Source of the DNA: an uncultured delta proteobacterium
GTDB lineage: Bacteria; Desulfobacterota; Syntrophobacteria; BM002
Direction: 5' to 3'
Length of the DNA: 64,000 nt
Assembly (NCBI GenBank): GCA_963712115.1
Contig: CAVQGX010000019.1
Location: forward strand, 25,293 to 89,292
Below, in pieces: positions 9,901-20,174 of this stretch. Position 1 is the first letter of the stretch. Each line of letters opens with the position of its first letter. The position numbers and the translations under genes are program-made. A model generated the notes under the pieces. That model searched no databases. It saw only the letters and a program-made list of their open reading frames with translations, and had not been told where the DNA came from.

Positions 9901-11208
9901 GTTGAGACCCGCCAAGTCAAGGTCAAAGCCCAACCAGTAAAGACGGTGCAAAAGGAAGCTCCAGAACCAGCAGAAACTCTTGATGATCTCGCAGCAAAAA
10001 TGGTGGTGCGGGTAAGCGATCTTTTGCTGAAGGGGGACGAAGCAAAACTCAAAGAGATTATAAAACGTCTTCTCCAGGAATACTTGCAAGGTCCATTACA
10101 GACCCGCCAAAAGATAGTAAAGCGTCTAAAGGGTATGCTGGAAGGTCTTAACTTGGGCCTGCAGAATCAGCTGGCAAAAATAATGGCAGGTCTGCTCCTC
10201 CTAGTTTTCTCCAGAGAAGATGATCCCATACTTCTCAGAGAGCTAGCAAACCTTCTTCACCAACTCAACACAACCCTGCTTCAATTTGGAGAGTACCCTG
10301 CTGCCAGCCAGATTCTCCTGCATCTCCATCGCCGGCACCAGGAGCTTGTCGAGGCGCGAAGTGAGCAGGCTCAATTACTGGGGAAAATACTCCTCAGGCC
10401 CCTGGAACCAAAAGCACAACAGCTAATCCTCGAGGACTTTCGCTCCGGCGACCCAGCGCGGCGGCAGAATGCGGCACAACTGCTGGGGAGCACGCGCCAA
10501 GCCGCCTTCCCCTTGCTCATAAAGCTCATCAAGAGCGAAGAGGAATTCAGAGTTCGGCAAATGGCCGCCTCTCTCCTCGCAGAGTACGGACCTCAAGCGG
10601 CAAAATTGCTGAAACGTGAATTGGCACTCCGGACCAACCCAGACGAAAAGGTTCGTATCCTCGAAATCCTCGACAGTGTCACCCGCGACCTTAGAACGGA
10701 GCTTGCTTATGCCCTTACTGATGACAGTGACCAGGTACGCCAGGCGGCTCTTCAGCTTGCCGAAAGATTGAACGACGATCAGGCGGGCAAGCTCCTTTTA
10801 GAACAAACTGAGAATGGAAACGTAAATGTGGCAATTGCTGCAATTACATTTTTGGGGAAACTCAAACCGCCTACTGCCCATGAAAAGCTTGTTTCCATAT
10901 TGCAAACAGCCAAGAATGAAAAACTGGTTGTGGCCTGCTGTCAATCTTTGGGACTGATCGGGGATTCAGCCAGCATTGACCCCCTGGCAAAACTCCTGGC
11001 CTCAAAAGGCTTGTTTCGCCGTAACCGACAAAGTGCTGAAGTCCGCGCCACTGCTGCCTTGGCCTTATCACAAATCGATCATCCCAGGGTTGTTCAGATC
11101 CTCAGCAGCTACACTGACGATAACGACCCCCGGGTAAGGCAAATAGCCAGCTCTCTCAAACTACCTCCAAGTACTCATCCTAATAGCAAACTTGCTGCCG
11201 CCAAGTGA
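6928..11208 (+). CDS. GGDEF domain - STAND-type P-loop ATPase - two LYP(P) helical domains - HEAT repeats, paralog 1 (1426 aa)
   Basis: DELTGIYNRR, DIDYFKQINDTHGHEAGD, RYAGDEF; Walker A GAAGLGKS; Walker B LLVDDLHFAD; TQGNPLF; LAYHF; NLKLYPPGS and SIKLYPLKS repeats; C-terminal HEAT-like repeats. Confidence 0.88.
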   Translation: MAYQDLLYFLQNVGKDPSRLIFEDELTGIYNRRFLLNYFEYKIPWDSLENHPVSLIMLDIDYFKQINDTHGHEAGDQALIWVATLLREVAGEAGLPVRYAGDEFIILLPKAKKQAALQIGERLVELVHEKPVHLEGTEDEFSLTLSIGVASAPEDAQTGKDLIQKADTALYFSKKTGRDRLANASLVTPHEVSDRTALYHLDKATIAGRQAQLATVAEALKRFSEGKSQFLIVEGAAGLGKSEFLDTIQKNISESKDLQIKVSGVAQELFRPYYLTTNILIETFNRLPDKGIKILESLNPKEIYYLSHILPQLGESEGYSKDGEKAQREGLFTTLVRFIPKVLNSRPSILLVDDLHFADEATLLLLRRLILDGGFPVFICATAADTRHDKSEGDPPPLERFYASYCKDLDIHKVSLTPLTAAHIAEHLRGVFPQLDLPKNFENNIAKITQGNPLFLNEIVRKLVMDRKINLVGNQWVVEPLGEGYLPESLEQIVSEKIAALDEESRSLLDQVSTFGENVSLSMLSGSSEEMEAKVLEFLDQAVAQGLVSSEFQINDETIRFLSKRVLDIAYGAIEEERKQELHERVGTYQEVLFEQHLIPSAATLAYHFKRSTNQEKAGNYEKLQASSNNRLFDAAEAVYYTAERSPEAAPDTSPLDKNSLPLIPAVIRSMLLVVRNLKLYPPGSKAIVAANRQMKEVIDQFLKKNELLSLFGIKSALIVNGQKIDVTEYKYFAESFLKLLSRFELKGITFRKGLTEKELQILLEAFGRVKHDMIDQHFWQRFLGEQRIVNIEMTQVRYTVITDSTSQAHTAQLVAGEDGLSAVEIAAQLEDAEQGMDEHDIRELPEIIRTLLNAARSIKLYPLKSKAIAAALELLQQSLKSILDRKPALTLARVGDSLLVNGEKIDISEFETLAQAFLKFLDSLSLTSLTFLATVSSDELQAFVGSLGQLPTSELDGNYWANLAKEKGLRGILFDLRLYEARVSAARMTPVETRQVKVKAQPVKTVQKEAPEPAETLDDLAAKMVVRVSDLLLKGDEAKLKEIIKRLLQEYLQGPLQTRQKIVKRLKGMLEGLNLGLQNQLAKIMAGLLLLVFSREDDPILLRELANLLHQLNTTLLQFGEYPAASQILLHLHRRHQELVEARSEQAQLLGKILLRPLEPKAQQLILEDFRSGDPARRQNAAQLLGSTRQAAFPLLIKLIKSEEEFRVRQMAASLLAEYGPQAAKLLKRELALRTNPDEKVRILEILDSVTRDLRTELAYALTDDSDQVRQAALQLAERLNDDQAGKLLLEQTENGNVNVAIAAITFLGKLKPPTAHEKLVSILQTAKNEKLVVACCQSLGLIGDSASIDPLAKLLASKGLFRRNRQSAEVRATAALALSQIDHPRVVQILSSYTDDNDPRVRQIASSLKLPPSTHPNSKLAAAK

Positions 11209-11326
11209 GGAATTCAGGTGCGGAGACTTTGGATTTAAGGTTCCAGGGGGGCTTCAAAGGTCTTTCCTTCTCACGGGCATCCGCGGATGTGGATTAGTGG
11301 AGAATCTTGATGGTGACTGTTAGGTA

Positions 11327-11355
11327 TTGAAAACCGAGCGATCTCACTGTATCAT
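11327..11355 (+). promoter_or_regulatory. Putative sigma-70 promoter
   Basis: TTGAAA-17 bp-TATCAT upstream of ATG 11472. Confidence 0.5.
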
Positions 11356-11471
11356 AGTCAAAGAAAAACCTTGTTTAGGAGAGCTTCACCCTCTGAAGTC
11401 CCTCGACCCGCCACTGCTTTTTCACCTTGCTCTCCTAGCCTACACATAGCGGGTCTTGATCCGACCTTAGT

Positions 11472-14400
11472 ATGGAATACAAAGATCTTCTTCATTTTCT
11501 TCAGCATGTCGGCACAGATCCTTCGCGTTTGATCTTCGAAGACGAACTCACCGGTATCTATAACCGCCGTTTCCTCCTTAATTACTTCCGCTACAAGGTA
11601 CCCTGGGATTCCTTGGAAAACCGGCCCCTGTCTTTGCTCATGATGGACCTGGACCGTTTCAAGGAGATTAACGACAACTATGGTCATGAAGCTGGAGACC
11701 AAGTTCTGATCTGGGTGGCCAGTCTTATCAAAGAGGTATCAGGTGATCAGGGGTTAGCCATCCGCTACGCGGGCGATGAGTTCATTATTCTCATGCCCAA
11801 TGGTGCCAAAGAGGCGGCCCTGAAAGTTGCCGAACAGCTCCTCCAAAGGCTTCACCAAGAGGTCGTCCGCTTGCCGGAAGTGGATGAGGAGCTACGTATT
11901 ACACTCAGTATAGGTGTTGCTTCAGCCCCAGATGATGCCTACACAGGCAAGGCTCTCATTCAGAAAGCAGATACTGCTCTTTACTATGCAAAAAAGACAG
12001 GGCGTGATCGGTTCGCCAACGCCAAGGAAATAGCCCCTGAGGAAGTTTTTACTAAGACTGCTCTATATCAATTAGATAAAGCAAGAATCGCCGGCCGCAA
12101 GAACCAACTGACTAAAGTGGCCGAAGCCTTGAGAAAATTCAGCAAACGGGAAAGCCAGTTCCTCATCGTTGAGGGGGCAAGCGGCATGGGTAAAAGTGAA
12201 TTTATCCAAACAATCCGCAGGAACCTGGCCCAAACCAAGATCTGGCAAATCGCTGTTAACGGAGTTCCCCAGGAAGGTTTTCGCCCCTATTATCTGACAA
12301 CCAACATTCTGGTCGAGATAATGAATCATAGACCAGATAAGGGTGCCGGCATCTTGGATCACCTAAGCCCGCAGGAAGTAAACTACCTTTCTCACATATT
12401 ACCCCAATTGGGAGAGCCTGAAGAGGAGGCGGACCAAAAAGATGAAAAAACTCAGCGCGAAATCATCTTTACCACCCTTGTCCATTTTATCCCCAAGCTG
12501 ATCAACTCACGACCTTTAATCTTCTTTATTGATGATTTGCACCTGAGCGACGAGGCTACTCTCCTGCTACTAAGAAAGTTGCTTTTGCGTAATGATGTTC
12601 CCCTTTTCATCTTGGGAACTGCCATGGATATTCTCCCGGGTAAGGGGGAAGGACAACAGACGCCACTGCAACGTTTCCTTACCGCACATCAGCAGGAACT
12701 TATTATTGACACCGTGCCCCTTACCCCGCTGACAGCCTCTGACATTGGCGCCCACTTTCGGGGGATTTTTCCACAAGTGAGCTTGCCTGAAGATTTTGAA
12801 GGGAGCCTAGTGCAGATCACCCAAGGCAACCCTCTTTTTCTCAGCGAGATCCAGCGTAAGCTTGTCCTAGAGGGGAAACTTACCCTCACTGGGCAACAAT
12901 GGATGGTAGAGCCCCTAGAGGAGGGTTATCTACCTAAGTCTTTGGAAGAGATCGTCAGCCAGAAGATCGTGGCCTTGGACAAGGAGAGCAAGGAGCTACT
13001 CGATCAGGCCTCCACCTTTGGCGAGAATGTTTCCCTAAGCGTGCTTACTGGCAGTTCTGAGAATAGGGAGACGCAGGTGCTTGAATTCGTCGATCAAGCG
13101 GTAGCTCAGGGTCTTATCAGCACCGATTACCAGATGAACGACGATACCATCCGGTTCCTCGGTAAGCGTGTTTTAGAGATCACTTACGGTGCCATTGATG
13201 AAGATCGGAAACGGGAATTACATGAGCGGATAGGTGACTACCAGGAGACCCTTTATGAACAAAAACTTTTGCCCTCAGCTGCGACCCTTGCCTACCATTT
13301 CCAGCTCTCGGCGAACCATGAGAAGGCCCGTCTCTATCTAGAGTCTCAACAAACCCACAACAATAAAATCTTCAACCCAGAAGAGGCGGTCAACTATACA
13401 GGAGAAAAGTTAGAGGATACCGTTCCGGAGGACACTCCCCTAGATTCCACCAGCCTTTCGGAGATCCCTGGGGTCATTCGTGTGCTCCTCACCACCATAC
13501 GCAACATCAAGCTCTACCCTCCTGGAAGCAAGGCCATCGTCACTTCAACCCAGCAGTTGCAAGAAGCGATCGACAAGATCTTGAATGACAACCAGCGGCT
13601 AAACATCACGGTCGTAGAAAATGATCTGGTAGTAAACGGCGAAACTCTGGATATTGGAGAGTTCAAATCAATAGCCCAAGCGTTTATGAAATTCCTCAAT
13701 CAGGTGGAACTGAGAGGCATAGCCTTATCTCAAGGCCTAGCTGGGCATGAATTAAGGGCAATGGTAGAAGGACTTGGCAGAATTAGTAAAAAGATGATTG
13801 ATCGACGCTTCTGGAAACGATTTGCGGCGGAGCAGCGTCTATATCACATAGACATGAAGCAGGTGCGCTACACTACCATGGCGGGACCGGATGGAGCCTT
13901 AGAAGATCCTGGAGAGCCCAACCCGAGAGCAGAGGTGCTCCCAGGTATGATGCCTCCCAAATTCTCGGTGTTGACCAGCCATTAGATGATCGAGATTTGA
14001 ATCAGATTCCAGATGTACTTAGGTGTCTCCTCACTGCCACCAGTAACATTAAACTCTACCCCCCGGAAAGCACTGCCATCAGGTATTCAATCGAGCAGCT
14101 CTATCAAGCCTTAAAAGCCTTTCTTGCCAACCGTCCTGCCCTTACCCTGGCGCGGGTAGGTGAGTCCTTGCTGGTAAACGGCCAAAGAATAGACACCGCT
14201 GACTTCAAAACCATGGCCGATGGTTTTTTGAGATTCCTGGAGTCTGTAAACCTCAGGAGCTTGAGCTTTCTGAGAGATACTTCTGTTCGTGAGTTGGTAG
14301 CTTTCATTAGTGCTGCCGTTCAAAGCACTGCTGACGGTTTTGACACTTTTTTCTGGCGGCGACTTGCCAGAGAACAACAGTTATTCGGCATCCTTTTTGA

Positions 14401-15781
14401 CCAGCGTTTGTACGGAATTTTAGGGGAACGGGTTGGCATTGGTGTGGATCAGCTGGAAAAGGCGGAGGAACTCCCTGAAGGGGATGGTCTGGGACCCGAG
14501 CAGGTTGTTCCAACCGTTTCAGGGATACCACCAACGGTTGAGCCCGTGCAAGAGTCAGTTGCTTCAGAGCCCAGTGAGGTTCAACTCACCGACCGTTCTA
14601 TCGATGCAATGGCAGAAAAGCTGGGCGATTTTCTCCTAAAGGGTGATGAGAGGCAAGCCCTCCAGATAATTAATCAGCTTTTCCATGACTTCGTCGGCCA
14701 GGGGGATTTGATTCGCACCAAGGTGGTCAATTTTTGCGAAAACTTCCTCGAAGATCCAGTATACGGTTCTCAACCGATTTTGGTGGAGTTTTTGATTGAT
14801 CCCCTTCTTCGCGTTTTCCCTCAGGAAGAAGATCTTGGAATTTTGAGACAAATGGCCACACTGCTCTCTCAAACTGCCGCTAATCTAATTCAGTTTGGAG
14901 ATTACCAGATGGCCAGCCGGATTCTGACGCATCTGCGCAATCGTCAGAATCAGTTGCAGGCAGGTAGGGACACAAAAGCCCTAGCGGATGAGACAATTCT
15001 GCTCAGAGAACTTGATCCAAAAACCCAGATGATTCTTTTGGAAGATTTGCGATCAAAAGACCCCGCCAGGCTCCAGAGGGTTACCCAACTTCTGAGCAGC
15101 TTGGGAGCAGTAGCCATGCCCCTGCTCGTAGAGGTGGTAAAAGGTGAAGAAAGCCTCAGGCTGAGACAGATTGCCTCATATCTGCTGAAATCATTGGGGC
15201 CTGAAGGGGCCAGACTCCTTAAACGAGAACTGGTACTTGAGGGCTTTCCCAAGGAAAGGGTGCGAATTTTGGAGGTGATCGACGGCGTAACCCAAGACTT
15301 GAAAACCGAACTCGCTTACACTTTGGGTGATGACAATCCGAAGGTGAGGCGAGCGGCATTTCGCCTCACGGAGCGTTTGAATGATGCGCAAGTAACTTCT
15401 TTGCTATTTGATTATGCCAACCACGAAGATCCAAAGATGGCCGTAATTGCCATCAAGTCCTTAGGAAAAGTCAAACCTGCAGGAGCAGTGGACGTTCTGC
15501 TTTCGTTACTTGAGTCCTCCAAAGAAGTTGAACGTTTGATCGCTTGCTGTCGGGCCCTCGGACAAATTGCCGATCCAGCAGCTATCGAACCGCTGGCCAA
15601 AATGTTGTCTCCAGGAAGTATTTTGTTTCTCCGAAAAAGAAGGAGTTCTGCAATCCGCGCCGCCGCTGCTTTCGCTCTGGCGCAGATACCTCATGCTAGG
15701 GTCTCCGAAGTACTAGCCCCTTACGCAGATGATCGGGATCTGAGGGTTCGACAAATTGCCAGATCACGGATTGCTGAGTAG
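11472..15781 (+). pseudogene. GGDEF-STAND ATPase-HEAT paralog 2, split by a frameshift near 13900-13950 (pseudogene or sequencing error)
   Basis: ORFs 11472-13985 and 13997-15781 are in different frames but together colinear with paralog 1. The second frame is open upstream of 13997 and reads YDASQILGVDQPLDDRDLNQIPDVLRCLL, aligning to IAAQLEDAEQGMDEHDIRELPEIIRTLL of paralog 1. Confidence 0.85.
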
Positions 15782-15811
15782 AAAGTTAGGAGTCGGTAGG
15801 CAAAGAGCAGA

Positions 15812-16021
15812 GAGCAGGTTGAATATCAAATTCGAAATCCTAAGCACGAAATTCGAAACAAATCCGAATTACCAAAATCTAAATGACCCAAACGAGAAAG
15901 ATCAAATCTATACTAATAGTTCTTGTTTTGAACATTGGAGAATTCGAAATTTGAATTTGTTTAGTCCGCCTCCGGCGGATCGATATTCGGATTTCGGATT
16001 TATCTGCTAGCTCCATGCCCT
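15812..16021. repeat. Imperfect palindromic heptamer-repeat element, copy B
   Basis: Near-identical to 1572-1768, with an extra TCCGCCTCCGGCGGA hairpin at 15965-15979. Confidence 0.85.
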
Positions 16022-16028
16022 ATGCCAC

Positions 16029-16220
16029 TAGCCCGGATGTTTCATGAATTGCTGTCGCGAGACCGTGAAGATGGGCGTGCCACCGGGCAATCCCGCGGTA
16101 CCGCGGTATTGGACCCGAGGCGTACCTGAACGGTACGTCGCAGGGTACAACACTCGAGGACGCCCGGAAGGACGGCCATATCCGCGGTCGCAGCAGGTGA
16201 TTCATGGAACATCCGGGCTA
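16029..16220 (+). mobile_element. MITE-like element family A, copy 1 (192 bp)
   Basis: TIR TAGCCCGGATGTTTCATGAAT / ATTCATGGAACATCCGGGCTA. Homologous to 16911-17102 and 59810-60004. Confidence 0.85.
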
Positions 16221-16865
16221 TTATTCCCTTAGTTTATTAAGGACATGGAATAAGCGCCAGAGTGCTGTTAGGTTGGTTCCTACGGCGAGAAAAATTACGG
16301 TTACGATCAGTGCTGCATCCTGCCCGAATAAGGCCGCTTCGTTGGCCCGGGCAGTGAAGTTTATCAAGGAATTAACCATACCGGCAACGCCAATGGCAAT
16401 GATTCTCTCCCCCCGCTGAAAAAGCCCAACAAAACAAGAGACCATTAGTCCTTCAGCTCGTGCCTTAGTGTAACTCACCATAACCGAGCCAAAAAGGACG
16501 AGGAAAACGGTAATTGTTATAAGGGGCGTGGCATGACCTTTACGCAGGAAGTATGCCCAAATACCAAGGAGGATAAAAAACTCGCCATAGCGATCAAGGA
16601 CTGAATCTAGAAAGGCACCCCGCTTTTTAACCTGGTTTAGCTCTCGGGCTAGGGCTCCATCTAGAGTATCCAGTAAGCCACTAATCAAAGTTAGCAACCC
16701 GCCCCAGAAGGGACTAAAGACAAAAGAAATGCCTGCACCCAAGCCGCAAAGCAGGCTAAAAATACTGACATGGTTGGCCTTCAGTCGGAGAAACACACAA
16801 CAAGGAACCAGGTATCTGCCCAAAAAACGGTAGAAGGCAGCTTCAAGCACGCTTCCCTTGAGCAT
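16221..16865 (-). CDS. CDP-alcohol phosphatidyltransferase family protein
   Basis: DTLDGALAR...GAFLDSVLDRYGE signature; SYTKARAE, RGERI. Confidence 0.9.
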   Translation of the reverse strand: MLKGSVLEAAFYRFLGRYLVPCCVFLRLKANHVSIFSLLCGLGAGISFVFSPFWGGLLTLISGLLDTLDGALARELNQVKKRGAFLDSVLDRYGEFFILLGIWAYFLRKGHATPLITITVFLVLFGSVMVSYTKARAEGLMVSCFVGLFQRGERIIAIGVAGMVNSLINFTARANEAALFGQDAALIVTVIFLAVGTNLTALWRLFHVLNKLRE

Positions 16866-16910
16866 TGCAAGTCACCTCCCTAAGAAAAATCTAATCTCTC
16901 CACTGTTTTC

Positions 16911-17102
16911 TAGCCCGGATATTTCATGAATTGGCGTCGGGAGACCGTGAAGATGGACGTGCCACCGGGCAATCCCGCGGTACCGCGGGATTGGATCCGA
17001 GGCGTACCTGAGTGGTACGTCGCAGGGTCCGACACCCGAGGACGCCCGGAAGGACAGCCATATCCGCGGTCGCAGCAGGCGATTCATGAAATATCCGGGC
17101 TA
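16911..17102 (+). mobile_element. MITE-like element family A, copy 2 (192 bp)
   Basis: Perfect 21-bp TIR TAGCCCGGATATTTCATGAAT; CTAG at both ends. Confidence 0.85.
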
Positions 17103-17251
17103 GGCGGATAGCAGATGAGCGCCAGCATGATTTGGCTGATGAGCAGAACAGTCGGTGACTTCTACTGGAAAAGTTTCCAATCGAACGAATCGCACTAGCG
17201 TATATCTTCCATAAGAATAGCAAAACTTGCTCCATTGTCGAGCGGATTCTT

Positions 17252-17280
17252 TTGACAAAGGGTTGCTCTTTAGTTATGCT
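17252..17280 (+). promoter_or_regulatory. Putative sigma-70 promoter of the fdhD operon
   Basis: TTGACA-17 bp-TATGCT. Confidence 0.6.
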
Positions 17281-17363
17281 AATTTTGTCCTAACGTACCA
17301 GTATTCTTCTGCGAAGTTCCTTTTATGGGTTGCCCAATGTTTTTTTAGCATCCCCTGGAGAAA

Positions 17364-18164
17364 ATGTTGTCAGTAGATCCGAGTAACCTCGCAAAAGACG
17401 TAGAGGTTTTGCGCATTACCAAGGACCGTTGCCGTCACACCCGGGTTTCTGTGGTGCGTGAAATCCCCCTTACCATATTTCTCAACGACCGGGAAATTAT
17501 CACCCTTCTTTGCACAGGATCTCATATTGAAAGCTTAGCTGTTGGCTTTCTCAAGTCAGAGGGTCTGTTGCAACATCGAAGCAATCTCCAAAACGTGGAG
17601 ACGGACCCGAATGGCCAAACAGTTCGAGTCTTCACAAAAGAGCCTACAGCAATGGCTGAGCAGCTTTTCGGCAAGCGAACTCTTACCTCTGGTTGCGGAA
17701 AAGGTACCATCTTTTACAACGTGCTAGACTCCTTGCAAAGCCAGCCACTTGAAAATCAGGTCACTATTAAGGTTGACCAGATCCGCAAACTCATGACTGA
17801 GCTCCACAAACGGTCAGAACTTTATCGCCTCTCTCGAGGAGTTCATAACTGCGGCCTTGCAACTACAAAAAAAATTGTGATCTTTCGCGCTGACATCGGT
17901 CGTCACAATGCCGTAGATATGATACTAGGAGAGTGTTTTCTTAAAGAAGTTGACACCAGTGATAAGATTCTCATAACCACGGGCCGTATTACCTCCGAAA
18001 TCCTAATAAAAGCTGCTAAGATGAAAATCCCCATGCTGATTTCCCGCTCGGCGGCCACTAGTCTGTCCCTTGACCTCGCTCATAACCTAAACATGACCGT
18101 CATCGGCTATGTGCGTGGGGGCAGCATTCTTGCCTATGCTGGAGGAGAAAACCTTATCTGCTGA
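17364..18164 (+). CDS. fdhD: Formate dehydrogenase accessory sulfurtransferase FdhD
   Basis: EIPLTIFLN, LAVGFLKSEG, TSGCG, DIGRHNAVD, TGRITSE. Confidence 0.93.
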   Translation: MLSVDPSNLAKDVEVLRITKDRCRHTRVSVVREIPLTIFLNDREIITLLCTGSHIESLAVGFLKSEGLLQHRSNLQNVETDPNGQTVRVFTKEPTAMAEQLFGKRTLTSGCGKGTIFYNVLDSLQSQPLENQVTIKVDQIRKLMTELHKRSELYRLSRGVHNCGLATTKKIVIFRADIGRHNAVDMILGECFLKEVDTSDKILITTGRITSEILIKAAKMKIPMLISRSAATSLSLDLAHNLNMTVIGYVRGGSILAYAGGENLIC

Positions 18165-18167
18165 CCT

Positions 18168-19316
18168 ATGATCTATCTGGACAACGCAGCCACATCCTTT
18201 CCCAAGCCAAAGCGTGTAATAGATGCAGTTACGCGGTATTTGAACGAAATCGGGGGTAACCCCGGACGGGCCGCCCACGCTCTAGCTCGAGAGGCCAGTG
18301 GTTTAATTGATCGCACTCGACGATTGCTCGCCAGTCTGCTTGGCAATGTGGACCCTAGCCGCATCATATTTACCCCAAGTACAACTGTCGCTCTGAACTT
18401 GGCTATCAAAGGGTTGCTCAAATCGGGTGATCACGTGCTTACCACCAGCATGGAGCACAACTCGGTATTGAGGCCTCTAAATGGATTGGCAAAGCTAGAT
18501 GTGACCCACAGCCTGATTCCCTGCAGCAACAGCGGGGAACTGGACCCGGCAGACATCCTACCTCTCATCCAACCCCATACTCGACTGATTGCCTTAGTTC
18601 ATGCCTCAAATGTTACCGGTAGTTTGATGCCTGTTGCCGAGGTAGGGAAAATAGCTCGAGAGCGAGGTATCATGCTGCTGGTTGATGCGGCTCAAACCAT
18701 GGGCAAGATAGCAATTGATCCGGAAAAACTACTTGTCGACTTGCTTGCTGGCCCCGGTCACAAGGGTTTGCTGGGGCCCATGGGTACGGGCTTCCTCTAC
18801 GTAAAACCAGGTCTTGAGTTGGAACCATTGTGGGAAGGCGGCACTGGCACTCACTCTGAATCACTCAAACAGCCGAAAACTTGGCCAGATCGGTTTGAGA
18901 GCGGCACCTGCAATGCACCTGGTCTCGCTGGTCTAGCCGAGGGCATAGCCGAGGTTCAACAGTTGGGTTTTGAAGCCATCGCTGCCCATGAGCGGCGGCT
19001 GGCTGAGATTCTTCTGGACGGCTTGAGTCAGTTTCCTGGGATAACCCTTTACGGACCCAAGGATCGGCGCTTTTGCACTGGCACCCTTGCCTTCAATGTC
19101 CAAGAATTGGATTGCGCAGAAGTTGCCCACATTTTGGACACAGCTTATTCAATTGCGGTACGTTCCGGACTCCACTGTGCTCCAGCGGCACATCGAACCA
19201 TAGGCACTTTCCCTCAGGGCGCCGTTCGCGTCAGTGTAAGCCCTTACAATAGGGAAGAGGAAATTCATACCTTTCTTGAGGCTGTCTCTGAAATAGTAGG
19301 TTTCCGCCGCAGATGA
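18168..19316 (+). CDS. Cysteine desulfurase family (class V aminotransferase, PLP)
   Basis: MIYLDNAATSFPKP, EHNSV, VDAAQ, GHKGLLGP, RSGLHCAP. Confidence 0.93.
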   Translation: MIYLDNAATSFPKPKRVIDAVTRYLNEIGGNPGRAAHALAREASGLIDRTRRLLASLLGNVDPSRIIFTPSTTVALNLAIKGLLKSGDHVLTTSMEHNSVLRPLNGLAKLDVTHSLIPCSNSGELDPADILPLIQPHTRLIALVHASNVTGSLMPVAEVGKIARERGIMLLVDAAQTMGKIAIDPEKLLVDLLAGPGHKGLLGPMGTGFLYVKPGLELEPLWEGGTGTHSESLKQPKTWPDRFESGTCNAPGLAGLAEGIAEVQQLGFEAIAAHERRLAEILLDGLSQFPGITLYGPKDRRFCTGTLAFNVQELDCAEVAHILDTAYSIAVRSGLHCAPAAHRTIGTFPQGAVRVSVSPYNREEEIHTFLEAVSEIVGFRRR

Positions 19317-19391
19317 GATTGTCAGTAGGCAGTGGAAATGGAGTTTTGTAGTAGCGGCTTTTGCCGTAATACTAAACGGAGGGAAAAGCAT

Positions 19392-20051
19392 ATGCCTGCA
19401 GTGCTGTCCATTGTCGGAAAGTCGAAGGTGGGAAAAACCACCTTTCTGGAAAAATTGATACCTGAGATAAAAGGCCGAGGTTACCGCATTGGTACTTTAA
19501 AGCATGATGCCCATGATCATTTTGAAATTGACCATCAAGGTAAGGACACCTGGAGACACCGTGAAGCTGGGGCTCAGACGGTTGCCATTAGCTCTCCTTC
19601 ACGTTTTGCCCTGACCAAGGCCATGCAAAGGGAGCTGGACATAGATACAATCATCGCTGCTTATTTCTCGGACGAAGACTTGGTATTAACCGAGGGCTAT
19701 AAAAGCGGCAACCAAGCCAAGATCGAGATCTGCCGAAAGGAGTTGCAAGCAGAGCCTCTCTGCAGCAAAGAAGATCGTCTACTTGCAGTGGTAAGTGATT
19801 TTTCAGTGTCGGTGGATGTCCCCCACTTTGAATTGGAAGATATATCGGGGGTAGCTGGCTTCATTGAAGACCGTTTTTTGAAAAAGAAAACAGAACCCAG
19901 AGTGGTGTTGAGGCTGAATGGCAAAAAAATGCCCATGAAGTCTTTCGTACAAGAATTTGTCATGGGCGGTATTATGGGCATGATTTCAACACTTAGGGGT
20001 TTCGAAAATCCCAGCCGAGTTGATATATCCATCCGGCTGAAAAAAAGCTAA
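19392..20051 (+). CDS. mobB: Molybdopterin-guanine dinucleotide biosynthesis protein B
   Basis: GKSKVGKTT, LKHDAH, GKDTWRH, EGYK. ATG at 19392. Confidence 0.9.
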   Translation: MPAVLSIVGKSKVGKTTFLEKLIPEIKGRGYRIGTLKHDAHDHFEIDHQGKDTWRHREAGAQTVAISSPSRFALTKAMQRELDIDTIIAAYFSDEDLVLTEGYKSGNQAKIEICRKELQAEPLCSKEDRLLAVVSDFSVSVDVPHFELEDISGVAGFIEDRFLKKKTEPRVVLRLNGKKMPMKSFVQEFVMGGIMGMISTLRGFENPSRVDISIRLKKS

Positions 20052-20174
20052 CGGCCTGATGCTGAAAATTGATTCTGATTGTCTTTCCACGCCTTTGGTT
20101 TTTTCGCTCTGCGCTATGCGCCATGCGCTCAGCGTTATTGTTTTGGCAACAACCCGTTGACAATTGAGGATGGG

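Noticed and set aside
16020-17235. Short ORFs of 61-103 aa at 16020-16232 and 16872-17235 (also 59825-60034) that resemble each other
   Set aside because: They are translations of MITE family A copies on both strands, with no RBS or protein motif.
18155-18170. FdhD ending in C-TGA as a possible Sec site
   Set aside because: FdhD is already full length, the next gene starts 3 bp later, and no convincing hairpin was seen.
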